Program-made: the position numbers and the translations under genes | Shown here: positions 27,101 to 38,831 of the stretch, piece by piece | How the letters are laid out: each line of letters opens with the position of its first letter | How positions within the stretch are numbered: the first letter of the stretch is position 1 | DNA from: Phoronis australis | Lineage: Eukaryota > Animalia > Phoronida | Assembly: GCA_002633005.1 (NCBI GenBank) | Contig: NMRA01000311.1 | Span: 390,114 to 454,113, forward strand | Length of the DNA: 64,000 nt | Reading direction: 5' to 3' | The notes under the pieces: generated by a model | Told to the model about the DNA's origin: nothing | Seen by the model: the letters and a program-made list of their open reading frames with translations, nothing else | Databases searched by the model: none

Positions 27101-29274
27101 CATTTCGCCCTGTGGCAGGAGCAAAATCATGCCAGTTTTTCCATAGAACGTTCTCTTAACTAAATGGTACCTGGTTGTCGATCAGATGCGCCTGATCGAC
27201 CATCCCTATGATTGTGTGCGACTAGAAATTGTGTACGAGTCTGATAAATTTTATTTTGCGTAACAGAAATCATGGCCGAGAAGAGACGACTATTACTCTG
27301 CAATCAGAACGTAAAACGACTTGGGTTCTCAAGAACAGGAAATTTAAGTGCCACTGTGGAGTTTCCGGATGAAATATTCGGATACATAAATAACGTTGAC
27401 GGTAAGTTATCAAGTCAATTAAACCTGGAGCAAGAGCCGACCAACTTACCATTTCTAACGATGCAAATATCTGAGTTGTATTAACCTCAGTGTCAATTTA
27501 ATTGAGTCCTCATTTTGAGTTTTTACTAATAAATTACCATTAAGACGCTCATTTTGAAACTAAATACAGTATAGTTGGAGAAATGCAACGAGTGAAAAAC
27601 ATGGTGTTTTATCGTTCGAGGCAAATGTCGAACATAAACAATATTCAGAAACTCCCGTTTCATTTCAGAGAAGACAATGGTCACAACTGTGTTCGCCGTG
27701 TACCCGAGTCTTCACAAGTTTATCACAACACAAGTTGATCCCCAGTAAGTATATCAAACCACTCACTTCCAATTTCTGAAGCAAACCCAGTACCAGTGTT
27801 TCTCATCAGCGTCTGGAACAAGTTGGTATCTGCATACATGCATCTAGTGATTCCGAAACAATTGGAAAGTAGAGAAATATGCTATCCGTTACCAGGCGAA
27901 GCCACGGTGACTGTAAGGGNGTGTGGCAACGGGCGGTTTGATTTGGAGTTTTAAAAGTTTTCATATTAATCAATAATAAACGTGAGCAGATGACGTTCGA
28001 CGTGTTGTATTTTATCGCATTACGTCACTAAAAGTTCTACAGGTATACGACACAAAATCGTAATAAAGTTAAGCCCATCATAACGGCCGTAAGTTTTAAA
28101 ACTTCGGTATTTTTACTGAAACTTAATTACTTCATCTATGTTTTCAGGCAAGATGAGCTAGCTGGCTACCCATACGAGATTTATAGTCCGATTGTCAGCA
28201 TCAATATGGAGCCGGAACTCAACAAGACACACTTAAACGAGACTCAGTATATTACAATTACACTGGAGCATACCAAGCAAAACCATGTAAGCAGTCGTAA
28301 CGTTTTCTGTTTAAAATTTAAACGCATTGTAAGCATGTAGCCACGCAAGCCTGGTATTGAGAGAAAATGAAGTACCACGGGGCTATTCACGTTACAATAT
28401 TTTACACATTTTAATAAAATGCGAATTTCTAGCCAATAAAAGGTAATATTTCCGCGCTATCTTATCGTTGAAAAAATGCTAATGAGATGCTGAAATCGCA
28501 TTTGGTATATTTCGATTCCTATGAACAAAACTCCATAATGTTTCGAGTACAACTAAGCACTTAATAACAGGGATCGCGACGAAACGCATCTTGCGTTTAC
28601 TGGAACACCCAAGCCCGGGGCACAGTTGACGGGGGCTGGGATACAGACGGGTGCTGGGTGGTGTGGACGAACGAAACCCACACCAGTTGTGGCTGTACTC
28701 ACCTGACAACATTCGCCATCATGATGCAACCACCGTACGACTACGTAAGTTAAAGTTTGTTTGTGAAATTTCGTTTACCAACATTCTCTCGTTCAGTGGC
28801 CTTCCAAACAATAGAAGAGAGCTGATAACCAGATATTAAAATCTTCCCCATTTTTACGTGGTCCAGTAAGGCTAACGGTAAACGTTGAAGTCATAGAAAG
28901 ATACTGATCACCATGATGTCCTGTGGACAAAAGTCTACTCTTTCTAATAACATCAATTATTTTTCTCAGTTTATATCCCCAATTTTTTTTGAAAAAACAC
29001 CAAAACGTTGTTCAGCCACTTGAACTTTTCTGGTAATATCTTGCTCCTAAAACCAATTGATTCTTCGATAAAGCCCAGCTAGAATGGTAAAGTTATTATC
29101 GATGTTTGGGCAATTTGCAAACAAAACACCCACATCACATTTTGTTGGCCCAATTGGGACCGCTAAGTCCTTTTAACAGTGAATTGATTGCAAGAATCGC
29201 TGGACGAGAGAAAGGAGAAAGTTTTATTAAATAATTTATCACTTCATATGACTGAACTTAATATATATACATAT

Positions 29275-29334
<60 letters not shown>

Positions 29335-32300
29335 ACACACATGTATATATATATACACGTACCATGAGGCATACCGTATGGAAATGTTAATCGTGGAATC
29401 ACGGTTAGCAAGTGCTATCTTTCTAATCTTTGTTCCCGTATAAGCATAGTTGAATCAAGATAACTACGGAATTGTGCCCGAAAATCAAATCGTTAAAAAT
29501 TGTGTGAAATTATGCATTGAAACAAAAACATGGTGGCAGCGGTCATGAATGATAAAACCCACGCAGAATAGTGTATCTTCAAGGCCTCAAGCTGTTGACA
29601 TTTTTGCACACTGAGTGGGAAAACATTGAAGTAAATTCCTCAAGTTTTTGCCTACCTTATGCATTTTACCATCGTGTACTTCACTTGGAAGAATGATAAT
29701 CCCATCATTTAATTTGTTGTTTGCTAGGTGTTCAACATTCATAAGGTCTATCAGAAGTATATGTTCATTGGCGGGATTGGACTGTCCAGCGTGTGCCTCA
29801 GCTTGTTTGCTCTCGTCGTAATGTGCATCAAGTCACTGAGGAAGGTGGATCGGAACACGGTGCACGTGAATCTGTGCACGGCTTACAACATGGCTAACTT
29901 GGCGTTCATACTCACCTTCGAAATTCATGACCCAGTAAGTCATTCATGACTTCACGCATACGGCAATGGTTTTACATGTCGAATCGAGTACTTAGTTTGC
30001 AATATTTGATTCGGTCATGATAAACGTGTATGCCCATTTTAAGTATACTGTAAAACGCAAGAAAACGATATTATAAATGAAATTCAACCATTTGAAAATT
30101 GCCTGGGAGAGTTTGCCTCATAAATTTGATAATTGTCAAAAATCTAATTTTGTCAACATATTTTATACCGATTACTGCACTTTTACAAATGCATTGTAGC
30201 AGCAATATACCCACCTTTGGCCCTTAAAAACTAATTTTTGATTAGAATCACTTTCCGTTATGAATTTGGTGGCAAAGCTGTTCTTCATCAGATGAGGAAT
30301 GACTTCCGGGCTATGGAAGCCCTGACAGTTTGGCAGCACCTGAGACCCGATGCTTGGCGCATTAAATGACACACCATAGTCTAGCATACCCACTTTTCGA
30401 GACTGATCTCAACTGTCGTCTCCAATAGAAGTACAGAACGTGGTTAGTGCCAGATTTATAGCGGGTACGAGATCTAATTTTGAAGGAGGGATAGTTATAA
30501 CCTCGCAATTTAAGTGCCGGTCATTAACCTTGATACACTGTATCTCTATCTTCGCAGCTTGTCCTAAAAGTGCTTTCCGTCTGCCAACATTACTTCTACA
30601 CCGCCACGAGTGTGTGGATATTCATCGAAGGTTTAGCCCTATTCCACTTAATTGTCAGTGGATCGCTGACCAACCGAGTCAAATGTTACATACCGTTTGG
30701 CTGGAGTAAGTACATCAATTTACACTTATATTGAGTGTCAGAAGGATTGTGAATTTCTCCTCCTTCACACATTCACTTCAAACCTTGTTTTATACCTTCA
30801 GTACGTATATCAGAGCAGGATTCAACTCATAAGAACACTTACTCACTGTACAGTAGGTGCTACAAAACGAGTACAGTTCTTGGTGGGTGTTTCCCGCAGT
30901 TGCTGGTGTTGTACATAACGACTTGCCACGTAGATCAGGGTTCTGGGCTTAGCAGACTAGTTACAGTGTTACGGAATTTTTGAAATATGCTTTACATGTA
31001 TGTTCTAGCATTTGTAGATTGAAGAGGATTACGTAAAAATGCTTAGCTTTCGGAGAGCTGGATGGGAAAGTCCTTGTTAATAGACCAAACTAGAGTTCAG
31101 TAGTCAGTGTCCTTTCAACAAAGCGGGGTGATTTTTCTGTAGCCTATACTTATTTCCTATGATCACTATGTCATATTAGGTCTACCTCAGACGTTTCTTA
31201 AGCTTGAGAAGATTAGTTGGTTTGGTCATTACATTCACAGACAACTCATCTGTTACAGTAACCCCTGCTATCCCGGTGGCTGTTATGGCTGGTATTGACT
31301 TTAACTCTTACGGTGGAAATATCTACAGTTGGCCATCCTGGCAAAGCAACTTCATCTGGGGATTTGTTGGGCCCATCTTCTTTTTCTTATTTGTAAGTAT
31401 ATATGTACATATATGCATAGATCGTACATCACCCGCATGGACTATGATGCCGCTGAGCTTCGTTTTTGCTGCTTCTATTAATCGTAAAATGCTCAATCTC
31501 CACGTAAAACGGTTCTTACCGAAGTGCATTTCTAGCAGACTCATGAAATGTCGTCAGTTTCCACATGACATTTTGGCAATTATTGGTAAGTCGACTCATG
31601 GTCGAGCTAGTCTCGCCACCTGGTGACTGACATCTCATGCTCAACATTTTCATTTACAGCTCCACCTATGTGTCATGTTGATAGTACTGTGCAACTTGCC
31701 TCAGCCTGCGGTTAGGAAAGAGGATCTTCTCTCAGAAGTCAGGTAAAGGAAAGAATCAAACGATAACCTCTTCACTAGCTCGACTTAAAAGATTTTGTTT
31801 TCTTGGAGTTTCATTGTGATATTTTAATGTATGTGGGATTATGTATTCGGGATACAAGCATACATGTATAATTGCGTTGCAAATTCAAAGAACTTTAATT
31901 TTAAACTTAAAAGCTTTCAATAGGTTCAATATTAGTAAAATAACGGGAGAGTATTTACAACAAATCAATTTATAATCGAACCAATGGTTAGGATGAATCC
32001 AACCTATAGTCAGCCAGTGTCAGCATTCATTGAAAAAGCCGGCAATGTTTCTAATCAACGTAACCAATAGACGCAAGACAGGTATCGTCAATTCATGACC
32101 TAAAATTTCTATCGTAAAAATTCTCCGCCTCCTTTTCAGAATTCTTGTGAGGACCTCGTTAGTCCTTTCGCCATTAATAGCTCTCTCGTGGATGTTTGGT
32201 ATTCTCTCCATCAACGCCTTCAGCCCATCATACTCCTACATCTTTACAACACTACATTCCCTTCAGGTGAGTAAGTCAAGAGAAGAGAGCAGAATATTAC

Positions 32301-33688
32301 AGGTTACTCAAGTGTCACATTTAACTCATAATCTGCAAAAATGTATGTACTGCATGCTGAGGTTAGTTTCTTTTGCCATTAGCATACATTATTCAAATTT
32401 AATCAACAAAATCATGCCCCCCGACATTGCCACAACACTGGAAAATCTTGAGACTTTATAGCATTAGCAGAAAAAAAAACTGCACCATTTCAAGACAGCA
32501 ACTATAAGCACATTTCATCACTTCTCACGCTGCCAGTCAGAGAAAAGTTCGCTTTTCGCCACGGGATACGCCTTTACCTGGCAACTACATGTAAAGGGGG
32601 GTTTAGTCTATTAATAGATATTAGATTAAAACAAAACAATTCTTTTTAGCCTTTCAACCCTCAAAAGTTCGGAAATTAAAAACTCTATGTCTGATGAAGC
32701 TGCAAGCGTGCGCCTACTCCAAGATGGGATAGACCACAACCCAGGAAACATGTTGGCCGGGGCGCATCAAATGACAAACCGTGCTTGATAAGCCAATTTG
32801 TCAACCATAAATGAAGTATCAGACCTTTGAAGCCCTGAATTCGATCGTGAATTCGTCACTACCGAAGTAACACTTGCATGAGCAATTAACTGTTTTAAAT
32901 CAGAGGTCGTTCTTGAGACCAAAGACGGCAGTTTGTAAGATATTATTGCCACAAGTATTGGTCAAATGCTAAGTTTGTTGTTCCTTTTACAGGGTTTCAT
33001 CATTTTCCTCGTCTTCTTCTTTGGTACAAGATCCATAAGGAAAGCTGCATTCAGTTGCACGTGCAAAATAAAGAAGAAGCCACACAAGGAAGAGGACACG
33101 GCAAGTGCTAGTGACCTTTCTGATGGGGTCACCAAGGTCACCAGCATGCAGACGTCAACTGTAAGTTCTTTACTATTAAACGATACCTCAAACCTTTTTC
33201 ACAAAAATTGGATGTTTTTGCAATATTTCACACGTGTAGCAAAATACCTATCTATGTACTGGCGATGCATTGTGCGATTAATACAGTCCGCAATTTGTAC
33301 CAATGTGTTGTCAGTAAATAAAAACAACTTACCACTATATGATACACTTCAGCTTTCCGTGAGTGGACTAGTGAACGTGAAGCCACAGCCTCCTCAAATA
33401 TCGTCCTCGCGATCCACCTCATCAGCAAGTCTAACAGTATCGCTTGGGGGCGCTATCGTTGACGACATAGGTGAAACGGGCAATAAGAGTCCCAGGTCGA
33501 AATCGGCTAGGAAGAGTCCTCGAGTGTCACCCGAATTACCGGAGATAGATGAACCCTCTACGTCACGTGCAGGTTCAGCCTTGCGACCATCATCGGGGCG
33601 AGTGAGAACTCCCGAAGTTTTCACCACGTCGAGGACTTCGTCACGGATGTCAACAAAAGATTCAGAGGACTTACCAGAAGTGTCGTAA
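6191..33688 (+). CDS. Adhesion GPCR, ADGRD1/GPR133-like, with six tandem pentraxin/LamG-like domains + GAIN/GPS + 7TM (37 coding exons, 5' end unresolved)
   Basis: Exons (all AG/GT flanked, phases consistent, total 6527 nt = 2 nt + 2175 codons incl. TAA): 6191-6381, 6938-7076, 7684-7853, 8419-8632, 9159-9385, 10360-10564, 11057-11286, 12094-12436, 13056-13169, 13349-13513, 15956-16210, 16638-16814, 17184-17298, 17685-17811, 18205-18460, 19001-19333, 20095-20291, 20721-20868, 21366-21506, 21911-22022, 23069-23277, 23794-23988, 24382-24444, 24567-24844, 25905-25976, 26791-26914, 27267-27401, 27669-27744, 28148-28286, 28571-28744, 29728-29934, 30558-30705, 31259-31392, 31660-31742, 32140-32266, 32993-33160, 33353-33688. 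GPS: CVYW...GWDTDGC...SCGCTHLTTFAIMMQ. Family B2 7TM motifs: HVNL, HYF..W.FIEG, FGW..P, FIWGFVGP, L.PL.ALSW.FG, YIFTTLHSLQGFIIF. Confidence 0.92.
10600..10810. repeat. Intronic low-complexity CAT/CAC/CAA trinucleotide tract
   Basis: CACCACCACCGC...CATCAACATCATCATCAACAACATCACCATCACC. A similar tract lies at 17470-17560. Confidence 0.6.
14998..15620. repeat. About 300-bp direct duplication across an N gap (probable haplotype/assembly overlap)
   Basis: 14998-15317 vs 15319-15620 are identical apart from an ~18-bp indel, and are separated exactly by the N at 15318. Confidence 0.85.
19704..19949. mobile_element. MITE-like element with about 60-bp inverted arms
   Basis: TAAAATAGTAAAAAATAAAATAAAACGACGAGCGTTGGTACAAAATATATTAAAATATTC (19704-19764) vs GAATATTTCAATATATTTTAGTACCGACGCTCGTCGTTTTATTTTACTATTTTACTATTTTA (19888-19949). 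Confidence 0.7.
22046..22260. mobile_element. MITE (CATGCGCACACCCAG TIR family) with 5-bp TSD CGATT
   Basis: CGATT|CATGCGCACACCCAG ... CTGGGTGTGCACATG|CGATT. Confidence 0.82.
28571..28744 (+). other. GPS motif exon with autoproteolysis site H-L|T and tethered agonist (Stachel) TTFAIMMQ
   Basis: Translation GSRRNASCVYWNTQARGTVDGGWDTDGCWVVWTNETHTSCGCTHL|TTFAIMMQPPYDY. H at 28700-28702, L at 28703-28705, T at 28706-28708. All four GPS Cys and both Trp are present. Confidence 0.93.
29263..29358. repeat. (TA)n/(CA)n microsatellite
   Basis: About 25 uninterrupted CA units flanked by TA runs. Confidence 0.95.
29728..33030 (+). other. Secretin/adhesion-family 7TM domain (exons 31-36)
   Basis: Seven hydrophobic helices with family B2 signatures: TM1 YMFIGGIGLSSVCLSLFALVVMCI, TM2 RNTVHVNLC, TM3 HYFYTATSVWIFIEG, TM4 YIPFGWITPAIPV, TM5 FIWGFVGPIFFFLFLHL, TM6 SLVLSPLIALSWMFGIL, TM7 YIFTTLHSLQGFIIFLVFF. 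Confidence 0.93.
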
Positions 33689-34150
33689 CTAAGTCGTTGC
33701 GGCTATCGTTGAGAATGTGAAGAAATTATTGACAAGGCAATGATTATTGCCGGTATTCGAGAAACTGCGGCAAATTTTAAGTTCAAGCACATTCTTACTT
33801 AGCAAGCCATAAGATTATTATACATATCGATGATATAAATATGAACACTGTGTTAAATTCTAAAGAGCAGTAATTATCGACATCATAAATGTTTAATTGT
33901 TGTAACGAAAAAGCCAAATTATTTTTGTAAAACCATTTAGCCTGTTACACGTTCTATGTACCTGACATGTGTTCTTTATCACAAAGCACTAAGTAGTCAG
34001 TATGCAGTTGCCAAAATAGCAAGTTGTATGAGTGCTCTGCTTTTGTTTTGATGTGAGAATGAAGTCAATTATATTTATTCATTCATATACTTGTATTTTT
34101 AAAAGTTTCACATTCTCATAAATCTATGCAATCCTATAAAACATCGAGCA

Positions 34151-34156
34151 AATAAA
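34151..34156 (+). terminator. Candidate polyadenylation signal of the aGPCR
   Basis: AATAAA about 460 nt after the TAA stop at 33688, in an AT-rich 3' region. Confidence 0.35.
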
Positions 34157-34872
34157 CACAAGATTCATTTCACAGCCAAACAAAACTGGAAACATTTCTA
34201 TGTGACATGATTACAGATTAGATTTGGCTACAAAGTTGTCTGTAATGTTCGTTAAGTTAACTGCAGATTGGCCACACATTACCGTTGTCATATTTACAAC
34301 CACACGGACAGAATATCCCTATGTATAACCTCATGGGCAGTCTGCGCATTAAACCGAATATTAACAAAACTATAGAATTGATCTCTGTTCACTTTGAAAC
34401 GCATAAATTTGATTTTTGAAGTAAAACAAATCATGCCATTAACTGGGTCAGGTGACTAGTGTTATTTTTGAAAATTGTAGCAGCCTGGACAAACCTGGGT
34501 TCCGTCCAAGAAGCGAGCTAGCATTTGACTTTGACCTCTTCCGGCCAAAAGCTGGTTTTAAAATATCCCTTACTCATATTGAAAGTGCTCTCTGACTTTG
34601 CAAAGAAGTGACTCAATGCGCGTTATTCCTTGAGGTCATACTCAACACATGAAATGAGACGCTAACTTATGGAGCCTGGTCTTCAGGGAAAACGAACCGT
34701 TATCTGTCCGTTCGAAGTCTTGCATTAAATCACTTCAAACTAAAGTAACAAAGAATTTGAGAACAATTTCATAATGGTAAGTGGTCTAAATCAAAATATG
34801 GACTTCGATATGGAATGCGCTGATGTTTATTATCACTCGGCTTTAAAGCAAACAGATTGGTAGGCCTACATT

Positions 34873-35148
34873 CATGGGCGCACCCAGGGGAGGGGGGGGG
34901 GGGGCTCGAGAGGCTCGAACGAACCCCATAATTTGGCGAATTGGGAAAAAAGGTCCGCCTCAATGAAACAAAAAGTTTGAGCAAACGAGACAAAAGTCCG
35001 CGAAATCCACATAAATTTGGCGCGGATGCAGAATTCGAAGGCCTGAACATAGTGGCACCGTTGTTTTTAGTCCTCGTTGATATTCATCGGTAGGTCCGCG
35101 TACCGAAAAATTCGAGCCCCCCTATATTTTAGGCTGGGTTTGCGCATG
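34873..35148. mobile_element. MITE, same family
   Basis: CATGGGCGCACCCAG ... AAATTCGAGCCCCCCTATATTTTAGGCTGGGTTTGCGCATG. Flanks TACATT/TATATT. A near-identical right end lies at 54040-54080. Confidence 0.78.
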
Positions 35149-37539
35149 TATATTCATGATAACAAAACTGCAGTATCCAAAACATACCCGAATTTTTTTG
35201 GTTTCTTGAATATTCCAAGACACATTATTCAAAATATAATTTCGCTTCGGTTGATGCAACTTCTGAAACTTACAACAGAAGTCCAACGTCCTGTTTTTAT
35301 TAGCACCTTGTGTAAAGTGGAATATTTCGAGTCAACCCCATATCCCAACCGTTGAGGAACGAATTCATGATAGCTGAAATTCACACTTGAAACTGATGCA
35401 CCCATTTTTGCGAAACAATGTTCCGAAGCGAGCTAAATTTTGTTCATTTAGGGTTATTACATATAAATATTCAGAATTTGTTACCCATCTAGGTCAGGTT
35501 GCTTTCGCTGGAAAACAACCCAAACGCACGACTACATCACAGTTCTCGTGCATCACTATAATCTTAAAATTAAAATTCTTCCACCGGATGTATGAAACAT
35601 GATTGATAATTCAGCCTAAAACGTCTTCGTTACGACAGAAGTATCAGTCCACTTGAAACTGAGAAATAACCTGGGATTGAATTGGAGCGGTCAAATTTCG
35701 GAAGCCAGCTCCTCGGCGTGTACTCGAAACTGTGAGTAATTTTTGAAAATGACAATTGCGCCCTCTTATGGGTATTTAGGATCAGGGCGAAAAATGTGTA
35801 CAAATTTGACTAACTTCGGAACACCATAATTCATAAATAGCTGGTCGGATTAATAGGACTGTTGCTACAGTGTATACCCTGAAACCGAAGTCTAGTCAGC
35901 ACGCCACCTGTGGCCACTAGTAACTAAGAAATGTTTGCGATACACATTTCCACTCCTGTTAAAGATTTCATATTCCCTGAAATTCTGTTAAAGATTGTTT
36001 TTAGATGTACTACTTTTTTGAGACGCTGTCAAACATAGACATTTTCATGGAAAATCTTCAAAGTTGCATAAAACGAAATATTTCGGAAAACGTTAACACC
36101 CCGATTTTGAGATCTCACCTAGAAAATATACATGTTTTTCAAATAAAGTGATCAGGTTATCTATACCGTTGATTATTTGGCTATCAATGTACCCACCACC
36201 ACGGGTGGTTAGCGCGGAAGAAATCATCACCAACATTTCTAACAGATACTGCATGGAATAGAAAACAGTAGACGCACAGGCAGTTAATTAATTTGGAATA
36301 CGAAAGAAAACACTAACTTCGACTTTCATACAATTCAAAACACTGTTTCTCAATTTCTAACGTTATCATGAATACGCGACATTTTACCCTATTCATACAT
36401 ATGAGTTGGGGATTTATGGTGGCACCGGTGCATTACCGATCGCTACACACAATAGTTAACACTAGTTCAGATTTGTTACTGACATGTCCAAAACACTGGC
36501 TAGAAATTTTAACCATGAAAAAAAACAATTGAGTGGAGTTTCGCTGTTCATAAAATTTGAAATTGTACTCGCTTTCTTGACCGGGTCAGCTCTAAAGATT
36601 TCTTTTTATCGCGCCTTTAGCTTCACGCCATACAACTCGACCGATCCCGATCCATCTCTGAAGTTTCAAATTTCATGCATGCACAGCAGATCGTTTGCAG
36701 TGCGGCCGAAACAACCTGGGTAGAACGACAGCGATTCTGAGCATGGCACACGGCTTCAACTGTTCAGACGACGACATGGAATACGGAATCGGCGTATCGA
36801 TCACGTGTGGATGAGAAACGACTCATTTTCAAATTTACTTTACATAATTGTTCATTCTTTTTCACGTTCAAACTGATGATCATATTCGTTTTGTCACTAG
36901 CCGACAATGCATGGATACGCCTAAAAAATAATTGATACCGCTCCCATTGTGAATCATCTTCGGTTCACGGCATTTGTTCACATATCGACAAAACGTTCAA
37001 GTCCAACACAAAATAGGTGTCATTGAGAAATCACGTTTTTTTAAAGAACGTATTGTAACTTGTTTTCAATGTCAGCCAAAAGCCCAGTGTGCCTCGGCAA
37101 CGAAAACCAGACTTTCTTAAAGATCATTCCCATATCCAGACTTCAGTGCAGGATAAGGTAAGTGCAAAAATCAGTTAGTACGTTTTTCTCTTCGGCAGGT
37201 GATGAAAATAGGAATTTTTTGGACGAACAATCGAGGTTTCAGTGCCTTTCCTAATGTATATCATGCCGACTTGTTGTTCAGGTTTGGAAAGATTCAGTTC
37301 ACCAATGTATACAACAATGAAAAGGAAATAGTCGGAAGTTCGCCAAATTCAGTCCACTACAAAAATTTTGTGCCACACGATTTGACCTGGTATTATTTTT
37401 TGTATTGGAACTAATCTCAAACGCCAAAAGTGAAGATTTTACCGTAGATGCACATGTAATGTCACAAAAGGTGGCTCGTTTGCGAAGACATTTATAAAAA
37501 ATAAAAACAAAGAAAGTCTATTTTACACTATATTAATGC

Positions 37540-37760
37540 ACAAGTTTCAAACATACAGTCAGTGTTCATACATAGTGTCAGTGCCGAAATGGCATAGAGC
37601 AAGTGTTTAAATTTTCTGTCAGTGCTCAAATATACATTCAGTGATGAAACATAAAGTCAGTGTTCAAATACACTGATGCAGTCTGTGTTCAAACATCATT
37701 AAGTGTTCAAACTATTGTCGGTGTTCAAACATACAGTCAGTGTTGAAGCCGTTCAAATAT
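37540..37760. repeat. Degenerate tandem repeat, about 19-bp unit
   Basis: Repeated CAGTGTTCAAACATACAGT-like units. Confidence 0.65.
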
Positions 37761-38831
37761 GCCATTAGGGTTCAAACTCTGCAACATTGTGAAAGTGGAA
37801 ATCATAGGCAGGAAAACTAAAATGAAAATGTAGTTTTCAAAAAAGTTAACACTATATCTTCCAGTCAAACTTTTAAGGTTGCTAGTACCTTCACCACAAG
37901 TTTGTATATTTAATTGCCAGATATCTACAAAACTACAGATTTCAACTCTGTCAGTAAAAGCATATATTCTCTGACAATAGAAATCCTGTAGAACTTGATT
38001 TTTTTCTTGCTTTTTATGAATAAATAGCAAGAAAGAATAATACATTCAAAGCAGGACAACAGGTCAACATGGCCAAGTTTTGGATAATATAAGAAGAAAA
38101 CGCTTTTACACAGTTTTCAAAATTATTGTTTTGTTTATGTTCTATGCAACTTTAAAAATTTTACTAAAAATACAGTTTTATTTTTTGATTGACCCTCATG
38201 CAAAAGTGGAACAATTTAAAAACAATTCCGAAGAGAGTTATAAAGAACAGTATATAAACCATTGTATCTGAAAGTTTCATGCAAATCCAATCAGCCATTT
38301 CTGAGAGCTTCCAAAGATAGTTAAATTTCCACATTTTTCTAAGGTTACACTTAACCTTAAATAATGTACTGATATTTTTCATCTGATTTATTCTGAGTTT
38401 TCATCATGACTGCCAGACGCTCTTCATTGAAATTCAACAACTTTTTCAGAAAACTACTGCATGTATGAACACAATGTTTTGGTGACTGAAACTTGGACAA
38501 CAGTACCACATATATTTTTTTAAACACATTTTCAGAAATCTGTTTTTCTATATACAATTCAAATAGAAAAAGGTGATATTTACAATGCATTCAAGACCAT
38601 GCCCGGTTGGATAAAACTTATGCACTGAATAACTTTGATTATAACAATCATGGCAACAAGAACATTGTTTGACAAAAGAAAAGTGACATGTGATAGCGCT
38701 ATGTGATTGCTATTATCCAATGAATAACTTTTATGCAACATGGCCGAGATGTTTTCAACAAAACAAATTGTTAATAATACATTTGTCAATTTTGGCAGTT
38801 CCCAAGAGGATGGATGCAAAGACAAACACAG

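Noticed and set aside
33670-33688. C-terminal PDZ-binding motif on the aGPCR
   Set aside because: The tail ends LPEVS with a non-hydrophobic last residue, which does not fit class I or II PDZ ligands.
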